Shown here piece by piece: positions 17,654 to 26,942 of a stretch of 64,000 nt of DNA; positions within the stretch are counted from its first letter, which is position 1; each line of letters starts with the position of its first letter. Origin of the DNA: Candidatus Latescibacterota bacterium (GTDB lineage: Bacteria; Latescibacterota; UBA2968; UBA8231); NCBI GenBank assembly GCA_965248265.1, contig CBDFJF010000001.1:2752001-2816000 (forward strand). Reading direction: 5' to 3'. A program made the position numbers and the translations under genes. The notes under the pieces were generated by a model. The model saw only the letters and a program-made list of their open reading frames with translations. It ran no database searches and was not told the origin of the DNA.

Positions 17654-19243
17654 CTACCCAACGTCCTCCTGCGTCCAGCTGCCGTCGATCGAACGCCACA
17701 TGCCACCCGGATTGGCATCGCGGAGCGACGCTGGCAGGCGATGATCACGAACTCCATCGAAACACTGCAGCATGGCGAAGCGCAACATCGACGCCGGGAT
17801 GCCGACGGCCGTGAAGCCGGGATGTCCGGTCGCCGGGTACGGCCCTCCGTGATTCATCGCGGGGGTCACAGCAACCCCGGTAGGCATCTTATCGTTCAAC
17901 AAACGACCTACCTTGCGTCGCAGAATGGGCACGATGGTCTCATACGCCGCTTCGTCGTCGCTGCCTGAGTGGCTGTAGACGGCGCCGGTCAGATTACCCT
18001 CAAAATGGCGTGTCACCTGCGCGGCCTGTTCGATGTTCTCAGCAACAACGAGAAGCGACTCATTGCCGAATGCTTCCGTTTGCAGCGCTTCCGGATTGCT
18101 GAGGAACTGGTCTCCACTAACCTGCAGCAAGGTGTTTTGAAAACTGTAGCCGTTGCCACCGCCGGCCCCGCCGCCGGTAACCAAATCGGCGCCGGCTTGC
18201 TGCAACGAATCAACACTTTGCTGCAACCCCGATAGGACACTCGACCCCAACAGCGTACCCACAGGAGCTTCCTGAAATTTCGTCTTCGCCGCTTCTATGA
18301 AGGCGTCGGCCTCATCGCCTTTGAGCAACAGGATCACGCCGGGGTTGGTGCAGAACTGACCCGTACCCATCAAACAGGACGTCTGGAAATCCCCAGCAAT
18401 TTCCTCACCGCGCTCGCGCAGTGCGCCCGGCAGGATAACGACGGGGTTGATGCTGCTGAGCTCCAGATAGATCGGCTTGCCGGCACGGTCAGCGGCTTCT
18501 TTGAGTACAAGACCTGCGTTGCGGGAACCGGTGTACCCGGTCGCCGCGATGGCCGGGTGCGAAACCAGGGTCTTTCCGACCTCGTGGTCGGTACGGTAGA
18601 TCATCTGAACCGCCGCCTTTGGCAGCCCGCAGGCGGTGACCGCCTCCAAGGCCTCCTCTGCTAGAACCCGGGTGGTGCCCGGGTGGGAGGAATTGGCCTT
18701 GGCGATGACGGGGTTTCCGGCCGCGATGGCCGCAGCGAAATCTCCACCGGCAGCGCCGTTGAAGGCGAACGGAAAGTTGTTGGGCCCAAACACGGCCACG
18801 CCCCCGCCAAGTGGCCCGTAGACGGATCGAATACCTGCGGCCATGTCGATGGTCGCCAGCGACCACGAACGCTCGCGCGCCGCCGCCGCCGCCTGCCGCA
18901 GCTGGCCTGTCGTGCGCGGCAGCTCGATGTCGTCCAGGCGCGGCGAGGCCGGTAATGCGGTCTCGCGGTTGGCAATTTCAACGAGTTCGGTTCGCCGTGC
19001 TTCAATGCGATCGGCGTACGCCTCCAGGAAATCGGCGACGCCGTCCGGGTAGTGCCGCTCCAACTCCTCGGCCGCTCCCGCCGCCGCCTCGACGGCCTCA
19101 ACCACTTCACTTTCACTGCTGACAGGGTATTCCTCACCCGTCGGTGCCATCTTGCCCGGATCGTCCGGTGCGAATGAGCCATCCGCGTTGGAATCGCGCC
19201 ACACGCCATCGATGAGTACGGGTGCTGGTTTTGCCATCTGCAT
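17654..19243 (-). CDS. NADP-dependent aldehyde dehydrogenase (alpha-ketoglutaric semialdehyde dehydrogenase-like)
   Basis: VFGPNNFPFAF, YTGSRNAG, ELSSINP, GQFCTNPG, EAFG, PTGVAVTPAMNHGGPYPAT. Confidence 0.88.
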   Translation of the reverse strand: MQMAKPAPVLIDGVWRDSNADGSFAPDDPGKMAPTGEEYPVSSESEVVEAVEAAAGAAEELERHYPDGVADFLEAYADRIEARRTELVEIANRETALPASPRLDDIELPRTTGQLRQAAAAARERSWSLATIDMAAGIRSVYGPLGGGVAVFGPNNFPFAFNGAAGGDFAAAIAAGNPVIAKANSSHPGTTRVLAEEALEAVTACGLPKAAVQMIYRTDHEVGKTLVSHPAIAATGYTGSRNAGLVLKEAADRAGKPIYLELSSINPVVILPGALRERGEEIAGDFQTSCLMGTGQFCTNPGVILLLKGDEADAFIEAAKTKFQEAPVGTLLGSSVLSGLQQSVDSLQQAGADLVTGGGAGGGNGYSFQNTLLQVSGDQFLSNPEALQTEAFGNESLLVVAENIEQAAQVTRHFEGNLTGAVYSHSGSDDEAAYETIVPILRRKVGRLLNDKMPTGVAVTPAMNHGGPYPATGHPGFTAVGIPASMLRFAMLQCFDGVRDHRLPASLRDANPGGMWRSIDGSWTQEDVG

Positions 19244-19273
19244 TTCTCCTGTATGCGTAAGAAGAGGCAGAAG

Positions 19274-20842
19274 TTACGGACTGGGCCGATCCGGCTCCAG
19301 CCTTGCCGGTCTCCAGTCTGGTGTGCCGAGTCGGTCGAGCACTGCCCGGTACAGCACCCAGGCATGGCTTGGGTTGGGGCCACCCTCAGCACCTGCTGCC
19401 GCCGGCACCCGGTTAGTCTTGTCATCAGCCGGCCAGCTCAATACGGACAGCGGGTACCTCCTGGGAGACGAACCGCTCATACATGCAGGCTCGTAGCATT
19501 CATACACGTACACGAGATGGAGATCAACAATGTGATCCACTTCAGGAGCGGTCTGGTTGCGCCAGAGCAGGAACCGCAGGTAGGTGTGCTGAGGTCCGTC
19601 TTGATAAGGGGCTTGCGACCAGTAGTGGCCGCGCAGACCGTGATGCGCTCCCTTCCTGGGAAAGGGCGCTTCCAAGGTCGGCGCTTCTCCGGTAATGAGA
19701 TCGATCGCGCTGCCGTCCTGCCGATGCCCCAACGCCACCCACCAACCGCCGTGGCGGGCCGGTTCGGGGGCGTACATCGCCCACGAGCTCTCCACCCCCA
19801 ACAGGTACTTCAGTCTGAGCACCCATGTTGCCCCCGGATAGGGCATGCGCAGATCAGCGTCTAGCGCCCGTAGTCGGTTGCCTTCGATGTTGACGACAAA
19901 ACACAGACCGAAGAAAGCTATCAACAGGTACTGCCTGGCTCGGCCGCAGGAGGCGAGTGATGCAACGCCCTGCGAACTTTCTTCCCTCTGCTCGATAACC
20001 GCGTGCGCCCTTCGGCCAGTCATTCGCCTGGCCATCTGCTTCCAGAAAGCAGCCGGCAACAGCGCCGTGGCCGCTGCCACCATGGTTGGGGGAAAACTGC
20101 CAATGTCCATCAACAACCACATGGCCCCATGCACGCCGGCGAGGGCCAGGACACACACCGTGCGCAGGAGTGATCGCTTCCATGGGCTGAGCAAGAGCAA
20201 GGGGATGACCCATTCTACCGCCATGACGGCGTGCGTGGCGGTGCGAAAGAAGGCCTCCGGGAGATGGGCCAGCGCCCAGACACCGGTAGGTGACCGGGCG
20301 GAGAAATCCATCAACGCAAGGCGAACGGCGCTGCCCTCAGACCACCAGGCGGCGCCGTCCTTGAATGCCGCCGTGTTCAGGTAGAGCCAGGCCAGCGTCA
20401 GCACAAACCCGCACCCGGCAACAACCTGGGCCGGAGTCCGTCGCACTGGGTTGGCGGTAGCCGCGAGCGACGCGTCGATGGAAAATCGCTGACCTAACGG
20501 AAGGGCCAGGCTCCACAGAAGCAGATTGACGATGACGGCATCGTGGTAGTCCAGCGTGTTTCTGGCGGCGTATTGATGTCCGCTACTGATCAGCCACACG
20601 GCCAGTGTGCACCACCCTGTTCGGTAGCCGAGCAGGAATCCGATGGTGCAGGCTGCGTAGAGACCGAAGATGAGCTGAAGGATGGTCTCGTCCGAAAATC
20701 CGATCCAGTTCGGCAGCGGCAGGCCATCGTAGTACCCCTGCAGGCCGGCCCAGTCATCTATCAGGCTCCAGCTCTGGTTGATGTCGTACAGAACGACGCA
20801 CGCCAAAAGCACCCGAAAGCAAGCCAGGGAGCGGAGATCCAA
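19274..20842 (-). CDS. HTTM-domain membrane protein
   Basis: DLRSLACFRV N-terminus, LLLWSLALPLGQRFSID, WAMYAPEP, several TM helices. Confidence 0.7.
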   Translation of the reverse strand: MDLRSLACFRVLLACVVLYDINQSWSLIDDWAGLQGYYDGLPLPNWIGFSDETILQLIFGLYAACTIGFLLGYRTGWCTLAVWLISSGHQYAARNTLDYHDAVIVNLLLWSLALPLGQRFSIDASLAATANPVRRTPAQVVAGCGFVLTLAWLYLNTAAFKDGAAWWSEGSAVRLALMDFSARSPTGVWALAHLPEAFFRTATHAVMAVEWVIPLLLLSPWKRSLLRTVCVLALAGVHGAMWLLMDIGSFPPTMVAAATALLPAAFWKQMARRMTGRRAHAVIEQREESSQGVASLASCGRARQYLLIAFFGLCFVVNIEGNRLRALDADLRMPYPGATWVLRLKYLLGVESSWAMYAPEPARHGGWWVALGHRQDGSAIDLITGEAPTLEAPFPRKGAHHGLRGHYWSQAPYQDGPQHTYLRFLLWRNQTAPEVDHIVDLHLVYVYECYEPACMSGSSPRRYPLSVLSWPADDKTNRVPAAAGAEGGPNPSHAWVLYRAVLDRLGTPDWRPARLEPDRPSP

Positions 20843-20895
20843 CCAGCCTAGCTGAGAAAGGTATTTGCCGATCGGGATGGGTGGGTGGGTACTCG

Positions 20896-21573
20896 CTACT
20901 CGAATTGTTGCTTGAAGGTTTCGAGTTGCGCGCGTATTTGTGCAACCTCGTCTCGCAACTCCTGGAAGGCGGACTCGAGGCGGTCGAGACGCTCGTTTTC
21001 GGCCTGGACAGCCACGCGCGCCGGCTCGGGACCAGGTCCCTGGTCATCGGCGAGTTCGTCATCGGGCGGCTCGGGTTCCCCCGCAAAGAGGTGCACGTAG
21101 CGCGACTCCTTGCGCCCGGGTTGCCGCGGCAACTGGGTCACCGCCCGACCGGATGCGCGCTCCGTGAGATCACCCAGTACCGTTTCGACGGCGCTCAGTT
21201 CGGGAAACTCGAACATTCGATTGGCCCTGCCGCGCAATTCGCCTACTGTCTGTGGACCTCTGAGCATCAATTCACAGAGGATAGCTATCTGCGCTGGGGA
21301 CAGATCTTCACATTCGTCGAATCGGTGGTAGTACTTCGGCACCCGTATGTCAGCGCCGCTGACAACTCGAGTGAGCTCCTTTTCACGCAGTGAGTCCAGG
21401 GCCCGTACAACGATTTTTTCATCCAGCTCGAGCACCGGATCGCGATTTGATTTTTGATTGCAGGCGGCGGTGAGGGCATTGAGTGTGAGGGGATAGTAGT
21501 CCGGCGTGGTGATGCTCTTTTCGATCAGACACCCCAGAACCCGCTCCTCGATCTTGTCCAGTTCATATCTCAT
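20896..21573 (-). CDS. yceH: YceH/DUF480 family protein
   Basis: RVLGCLIEKSITTPDYYPLTLNALTAACNQKSNRDPV; LMLRGPQTVGELRGR; PGRKESRYVHL. Confidence 0.9.
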   Translation of the reverse strand: MRYELDKIEERVLGCLIEKSITTPDYYPLTLNALTAACNQKSNRDPVLELDEKIVVRALDSLREKELTRVVSGADIRVPKYYHRFDECEDLSPAQIAILCELMLRGPQTVGELRGRANRMFEFPELSAVETVLGDLTERASGRAVTQLPRQPGRKESRYVHLFAGEPEPPDDELADDQGPGPEPARVAVQAENERLDRLESAFQELRDEVAQIRAQLETFKQQFE

Positions 21574-21668
21574 ATTCTGCTGCCACCAGCGGTCTGTGAC
21601 GCAACCGCAACATGTTGTATGTATCCTGTGATAGGCAAGGTATCCGCCCCCTTTAATAATCGCAACCG

Positions 21669-22805
21669 ATGACCCCAGAGACTAACCCTTCCCCCACAAC
21701 CAACGCTCTGACCTGGCTGCGGGGAGACATGCACAACCACTGCGAACGGCCGGAATTGATCGAAGAGCATCTGTCCGGTGGCGTCGAGCGTCTCGATTTT
21801 GTCGCTCTCACCAACCATGCCCAGAAACCGATTTTCTTCGAACAGCATGAGATGATCGCCCGTGGCCGCGAGCTCTACCCTGATTTTCCGCTTTTTTTTG
21901 GCATGGAGTGGAACGCTGCCGGCGGCCGGCACGCCAACATCCTGTTTTCGCCTTCCGCCGATGAGTCGGCGCACGCGTACGCGCTGTCGAGGGCCTATGA
22001 CCGGCACGTGGAGGGCAGCAATCCTGATATTGCCGGAGCCCTGAAACAACTCTCGGAGATTGACCAGCCTCCCATCCTCTTCTTCAACCATCCCCAACCG
22101 GGTGATTGGTCAACGGAGGTGGTGGACGAGTACCTCGGCTGCCCTGTTCCAGTACGAATCGTTGCCGGCCTGGAAGCCGTTCACGGACACCAGGCGCAGC
22201 CGCGAGGTGTCAGGCTGGACCACGACCACTACCCTGGATGCGCCGTCGGCGGCCTGGCGGACCACGTGTACGAAAAGGGAATGCCGCTGGCGCTGCTGGC
22301 ACACTCGGACTTTCATGTGCACAAGCAGGCGAAGGCGTACGACTATCCTCTCGGGGTTTTCAGCCACACTCGAGTTGGGGTAAGCGGGAGCTCCTTCGAA
22401 GCGGAGGACATTCTCGCTGCCATCCGTGCCGGCCGCACCTGCGCCTGTCTTGGTCATTGGCTGGATCTTGCTGACTTCTCCATATCAGCTTCCGGAGACG
22501 GTGTACCAGCCTTGATTGGCGATCGCTGGTCCAGCTCCGTCACGGCCGACCTGACCATTTCACTGAACGCGTCTGAGGCGTTGCAATCCGTGGATCTGAT
22601 CGGCCGCCTCAGCAGTGACGTGACTACGTCCATCATCAAGCGCTTCGGCACGCAGCCGGTTGGGGTCACGAACCTGATTTTTAAGATTCCACCAGGAGCT
22701 CACGGACACGTGCGCCTGCGGGTGATCTCTCAGAGTCACGATCGGCCGGCGCCCGGACAAACAGCTCCCAAGGCGTTCTTTACCTCGGCCATCTTGCTGG
22801 GTTGA
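21669..22805 (+). CDS. PHP-domain (CehA/McbA-like) metallohydrolase
   Basis: LRGDMHNH, ALTNH, GMEWN..HAN, FNHP, HSDFH metal ligands. Confidence 0.75.
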   Translation: MTPETNPSPTTNALTWLRGDMHNHCERPELIEEHLSGGVERLDFVALTNHAQKPIFFEQHEMIARGRELYPDFPLFFGMEWNAAGGRHANILFSPSADESAHAYALSRAYDRHVEGSNPDIAGALKQLSEIDQPPILFFNHPQPGDWSTEVVDEYLGCPVPVRIVAGLEAVHGHQAQPRGVRLDHDHYPGCAVGGLADHVYEKGMPLALLAHSDFHVHKQAKAYDYPLGVFSHTRVGVSGSSFEAEDILAAIRAGRTCACLGHWLDLADFSISASGDGVPALIGDRWSSSVTADLTISLNASEALQSVDLIGRLSSDVTTSIIKRFGTQPVGVTNLIFKIPPGAHGHVRLRVISQSHDRPAPGQTAPKAFFTSAILLG

Positions 22806-22854
22806 GGGTCACGACGGTTTCAACGCTGTGGGTTTCAGCACCACCGTTTCAGTA

Positions 22855-23175
22855 CTACCGTTTCAGTACTACCAATGTCGCACCCCAACCGCCACCGCCT
22901 TCTCCCGCCTGGGTGAAGGACTCAACTTCATCGAGCCGTTCCAGAATCGCCTGCACGGACCGGCGCAGTACTCCCTTACCTTTGCCGTGAACGATGCGGA
23001 CATTAAAAATTCCGCGTTGGCGACACTCACCCAGATAATCCGGAATCAGCGTCTTGAGATCCTTGGGACTGAAGGTGTGCAGATCCAGCGTGCCGTCGAT
23101 GGGCATTTCGACCGCGGCGAATTCGTCATCTTCCTCATTATCCAAACGCCGGGGCGGATCCTCCGTTTGCACCAC
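22855..23175 (-). CDS. Smr/MutS2 domain protein
   Basis: LDLHTF, RIVHGKGKGVLR, GGGWGATLVVL. Confidence 0.9.
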   Translation of the reverse strand: MVQTEDPPRRLDNEEDDEFAAVEMPIDGTLDLHTFSPKDLKTLIPDYLGECRQRGIFNVRIVHGKGKGVLRRSVQAILERLDEVESFTQAGEGGGGWGATLVVLKR

Positions 23176-23188
23176 TCATCCTTTCCAT

Positions 23189-23248
23189 TGGTGGCTCAAT
23201 TGTTGGAGGTCCAGCTTCTGGTGGCTCAATTGTTGGAGGTCCAGCTTC
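23189..23248. repeat. Perfect 2 x 30-bp tandem duplication (intergenic)
   Basis: TGGTGGCTCAATTGTTGGAGGTCCAGCTTC twice in succession. Confidence 0.9.
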
Positions 23249-23307
23249 GCAACCCGAATCCACCGGCAGACCTGCATAACTTGAACCCTGACCGGCTCGC
23301 CCGGCCG

Positions 23308-23991
23308 TCAGCGAATAACGCCCACTGCACCTTCGCCACATGAAACACCGGGATTGATCGCCTGATCGACGGCACACAGCCGCGCGTTGAGATCGACGAC
23401 GAGGCCGTTGGCTTGTGCCAGCTTGGACTCTGCCTGGGCGTACATGCTCTCGCCCTCACCGCTGGCAAACCCCTCGATGACGAGTGCCTGAGCGTCTATG
23501 CGCAAGACCATCAATTGCCTTACATCATCGTGCAGTGGAATCAGTGGGGGGGGCGGCACGATACGATCCAATTCCACCAACGCTTCCAGCAAGCGTGGCC
23601 GCACTGTCGTGTACACTGAATTGAGATTTTCCGCCGTCGCCACATTGCTGGACCCCACCGCTTGCTCCTGCACTTCGGTTTGAACCTCGTTCACGGCATC
23701 GATGACGGGGTTCAACGAAGAACGGTAGGCTTCGACTTCAGGCAGGTTGCCGAACGGCGTGTCGAATCCTCCGCTCACCGAATCATCGTCTCCGCATCCA
23801 GAGACTGCGATCAGGTAACCGCTGAGGACCAGGGCTAGGAGCCCGTTGATAAACCCGCTTTGGAGCTGAGGCCGAGCAATTTCGGCCGATATCAAGGCGT
23901 GCGATCGAGTCGCATCAGTGGGATGCGGCGAGTGAGCACAACGCAGAGATCGGACGAAAGGGCCGGCTTCAGGCCAAATGGGGTTTTTCAA
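23308..23991 (-). CDS. Hypothetical helical lipoprotein (start uncertain)
   Basis: Hydrophobic stretch ending in a lipobox-like AVSGC, followed by amphipathic helices. Confidence 0.55.
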   Translation of the reverse strand: MKNPIWPEAGPFVRSLRCAHSPHPTDATRSHALISAEIARPQLQSGFINGLLALVLSGYLIAVSGCGDDDSVSGGFDTPFGNLPEVEAYRSSLNPVIDAVNEVQTEVQEQAVGSSNVATAENLNSVYTTVRPRLLEALVELDRIVPPPPLIPLHDDVRQLMVLRIDAQALVIEGFASGEGESMYAQAESKLAQANGLVVDLNARLCAVDQAINPGVSCGEGAVGVIR

Positions 23992-24027
23992 CGGGCTCCT
24001 AGGGAAAGTTGACGGACGGGATTCAAC

Positions 24028-24507
24028 TCACCGGGTCTCGCTGACGCTACGCCTTTGCGGTTTTCCGGTCGCAATCCTGTCCGAGAGCTCCTTGACGACT
24101 TCCTCGACTGACTCCTTGCCAACCTCCCATTCGCCAACGGCGTAGGTGAAGGTCAGTCCCTGAGCTTTCGCGCTTTCTTGCAACTCAGCAATCTTGGAAT
24201 CCGCAAACGGCCGATCGCTGTCGAAGAGGATGACGATCTCATCACCCGAATACCACCTCGCAACCAGGTCGCTGCGACGCAAGGAGATGGCGGAAAAGGA
24301 GGCTTGAATTCGCGCGTCAACGGCGGTGTACCCCAGCTCGTTGTTGAGCACGTGGATCCTGTCTAGGTCGATGAAGACGACGGTGCGCCGACTGCGGGGC
24401 AAAACCTGACAGAACTGGAGGATGGCGCTACGGGTCCACATGCCGTACGCCGAATCCCAGCTGAGCTCTTCGACGCGTTGGCGTAATTCCTTGAGGTCTG
24501 TATCCAG
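24028..24507 (-). CDS. Stand-alone GGDEF-like protein (SGDEI); start uncertain
   Basis: VFIDLD..HVLNNELGYTAVD, DLVARWYSGDEIVIL. The frame extends upstream of the listed Met as LDTDLKELRQRVEELSWDSAYGMWTR. Confidence 0.7.
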   Translation of the reverse strand: MDTDLKELRQRVEELSWDSAYGMWTRSAILQFCQVLPRSRRTVVFIDLDRIHVLNNELGYTAVDARIQASFSAISLRRSDLVARWYSGDEIVILFDSDRPFADSKIAELQESAKAQGLTFTYAVGEWEVGKESVEEVVKELSDRIATGKPQRRSVSETR

Positions 24508-24666
24508 GCCACACTATTTTGCAACAATTTCCTTCAGCACTGTGCCTGTACCCTCCATTTTGATTCACAATCGAATCGGCCTAAGCGGTCCCCCGGCAAC
24601 AAGATGACTCTTTTTTTTGTTCGGGGAAACAACCGCGATGACGGTATCAGTGATGCAGCCCGTCCG

Positions 24667-25470
24667 TCACAGCGTAACCGTGGTGCCGGCAAGCTTCTCA
24701 GTGATGGTCTCGATATCTGCCCTACTGGTCAAATCCAGAACTCCCGCTTCGAAAAACAGAGATTGAAAAGTCTGTCCTCGATCGATGGTGTACTGAACGG
24801 CGTCCGTCAGCTCCAGCTCACCGCGCGTCGAGGGCGGTATTACTCTGCAAGCCTCGAAGATATCGGCATGGAACCGCCAGCAGTTCATGCTGACCCCGAC
24901 CGGTTTGGGCAGGCTGTCGATAACCTCCGGAGTGGGCTTTTCGAGCACCCGAAGCAGACGGCCGTCTGCATCCGTGGATCCGACCGCGAACTTGGTGATA
25001 CGATCTGAGTCGATGTTACCGGACGAAAGCATGCTGTCGCGGTCGAACAAGGCCAGGCCGGGAGTGGATAGGTCCCGCAGTGCTCGCAGCGCCTCGGGCG
25101 GGTAGTAGTTATCCGAATTGAGCACCAGAATCGGGTCAGATGCGGAAAACTCCTCTGCTGCTGAGACGGCGTCGGCGGTGCCGCGAGGATGCTCCTGTAC
25201 GGCGAAGTGTATCTGGATGCGCACCCGCTCGACTGAGCCATAGTAGTCGCGGACGAGATCGTGCTCTGGACCGATAACGAGACACACGTGCCGGTACCCC
25301 GCATCTGCCAGACCGGACATGACGTAGTCGAGGAACGGGCGATCTATCGGCACCAATGCTTTGATGCCCTGTGACGCCATCGCCGATTGTTCCGAGGTCA
25401 GTTCGGTGGACGAGTCCTCAGCCCGCATTCTTGAGCCCAGACCGCGCGCGAGGATGACTGCCTTATCCAT
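24667..25470 (-). CDS. NDP-sugar pyrophosphorylase-like nucleotidyltransferase
   Basis: KAVILARGLGSRMR, PRGTADAV, LEKP, STRGELELTDAV; start trimmed to MDKAVI. Confidence 0.88.
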   Translation of the reverse strand: MDKAVILARGLGSRMRAEDSSTELTSEQSAMASQGIKALVPIDRPFLDYVMSGLADAGYRHVCLVIGPEHDLVRDYYGSVERVRIQIHFAVQEHPRGTADAVSAAEEFSASDPILVLNSDNYYPPEALRALRDLSTPGLALFDRDSMLSSGNIDSDRITKFAVGSTDADGRLLRVLEKPTPEVIDSLPKPVGVSMNCWRFHADIFEACRVIPPSTRGELELTDAVQYTIDRGQTFQSLFFEAGVLDLTSRADIETITEKLAGTTVTL

Positions 25471-25625
25471 TGTGCCTGCCCTTTCCTGCTGATTCACTCC
25501 TTGAGAAAACTGCCGCTGCCGAGCAACCAGGGGTAATCCGTTCCCTTCGTGACCGTGCATACGTATCACGTGAATACCGTTTATACAATTGTTTTTAATA
25601 CACTTAAAGTAAAATCTCACCGAAG

Positions 25626-25640
25626 TGGCACGGCACTTGC
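25626..25640 (+). promoter_or_regulatory. Sigma-54 promoter (consensus match)
   Basis: TGGCACG-GCAC-TTGC matches TGGCACG-N4-TTGC exactly; preceded by an AT-rich tract. Confidence 0.8.
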
Positions 25641-25656
25641 CAGTATCTTACTGAGT

Positions 25657-25890
25657 GCCCCAGCGGCGGCACGGATGCAAAAATACGCAAAAAATACTTC
25701 GCTGGGGCTTGTTTATGTGCGCAGGATTGATGAGATTTCTGCTGTGGCTTCAGTAGTCACAACGATCTTCTGTGATCATGAGACGTCAACGGCGTCTCCG
25801 AGGCGGTGATCTCAGCAGGCTGCTTTCCTTCCTCGGGCGGGGGCTAACCCGGTTCTATTTCGAGGAATCACGGTGCCGACGCTCCCCGTG
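25657..25890 (+). ncRNA. Candidate structured leader or sRNA downstream of the sigma-54 promoter
   Basis: Successive inverted repeats: GCCCCAGCG/CGCTGGGGC, GAGACG/CGTCTC, TTCCTCG/CGAGGAA, CACGG/CCGTG. Confidence 0.35.
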
Positions 25891-25903
25891 TGGGCCAAGG
25901 AGT

Positions 25904-26020
25904 ATGGACGTGCTGACTTCCGCCAGAAGAGAGACCAGGTTCCCTGTGCTGGTCTCCTGGATAGCATTTGCTGGACTCGTAGTCGTGTTTGGCCGCATTA
26001 TTCCGGCTCTTTTTCAGTAG
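25904..26020 (+). CDS. Small 38-aa single-TM peptide
   Basis: AAGGAG just before ATG; MDVLTSARRETRFPVLVSWIAFAGLVVVFGRIIPALFQ. Confidence 0.55.
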   Translation: MDVLTSARRETRFPVLVSWIAFAGLVVVFGRIIPALFQ

Positions 26021-26094
26021 CCCAGCCGGCCTTAGACCCGTTCCCCCGCTTCCGTAGCAAGCGGAGGCGAGTGCATCTTTCTCAATCTGCGCCG

Positions 26095-26125
26095 AATGCC
26101 ACACAGCATGTAGCGGTGTGGCATT
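26095..26125. terminator. Hairpin between convergent genes
   Basis: AATGCCACAC-N11-GTGTGGCATT 10-bp stem; no clear U-tract. Confidence 0.4.
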
Positions 26126-26156
26126 GCTCCGCCACGCAGCCACGGGGGTGGGTGGG

Positions 26157-26942
26157 TCAAGCGGAGGCTCCGGAGTATCGTTTCAGACCTGCCTTCCAGA
26201 ACGCGCGTGATCCCACCAACAACGCTGCAGCCAATGCGATGGAGCCGGCCAGCAGGTCCGCATCCAAACGCCCAACCAGGGCCTGTGACGGCACGGTCAC
26301 CGCAAACGCGACCGGCACAAGAAAGGTCAGTGCTGCCTTCAGCCAACCTGGATAGATGGTGATCGGCCAGCGAGCGGCATCGTACATGCTGTGGAAGATC
26401 ATCAGAATGTTGCCGACACGGACGAACCAGAATGACATGGTCGCCAGGATGATCCAGAAGCTGTACATGATGGCGCCTCCCGCTGCCAAAGTCAGAGCGA
26501 ACTCTCCCATCGGTCGCCACCCCACCGACGCCCCCAGATGGTACAGGGCAACACTGATTATGATCAGTCCGGCGGCCACATCGATGATGCGCCAGACCCG
26601 GACCTGATTGACGCTGACGAGGACCTGCGCCTCCTCCGGCTTCGTGAGGATATAGTCCAGCGTTCCCTCCGTAACATCTTCGATCAGCTGCTCCATGCTG
26701 GGCTGAATCACCACTCCGATCAACCCCGCCATCATCGTGAAGACCCCCAATAGCACGACCAGTTGTGCCGGCTCCCAGCCGTTTAGGTTCTCGGTGTGAC
26801 TGTAGACGACCCCGACCGCTGCCAGTGACCAGGTGATGTTGAATCCCGTCTTGAACAACTGCATGACGAGGTTTGCCCGGTACTGCAGCTCGTTCATCAA
26901 GCCGATTCGAAAAAAGACAACGAGCAGCCGCAGCAGGCTCAT
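26157..26942 (-). CDS. ABC-2 family (DUF990-type) permease
   Basis: MSLLRLL start overlaps the upstream stop; ELQYRAN, GTLDYILTKP, ARWPITIYPGWLK, GLKRYSGASA. Confidence 0.85.
   Translation of the reverse strand: MSLLRLLVVFFRIGLMNELQYRANLVMQLFKTGFNITWSLAAVGVVYSHTENLNGWEPAQLVVLLGVFTMMAGLIGVVIQPSMEQLIEDVTEGTLDYILTKPEEAQVLVSVNQVRVWRIIDVAAGLIIISVALYHLGASVGWRPMGEFALTLAAGGAIMYSFWIILATMSFWFVRVGNILMIFHSMYDAARWPITIYPGWLKAALTFLVPVAFAVTVPSQALVGRLDADLLAGSIALAAALLVGSRAFWKAGLKRYSGASA

Noticed and set aside
23189-23248. 30-bp repeat as a mini-CRISPR
   Set aside because: The two copies abut directly with no spacer
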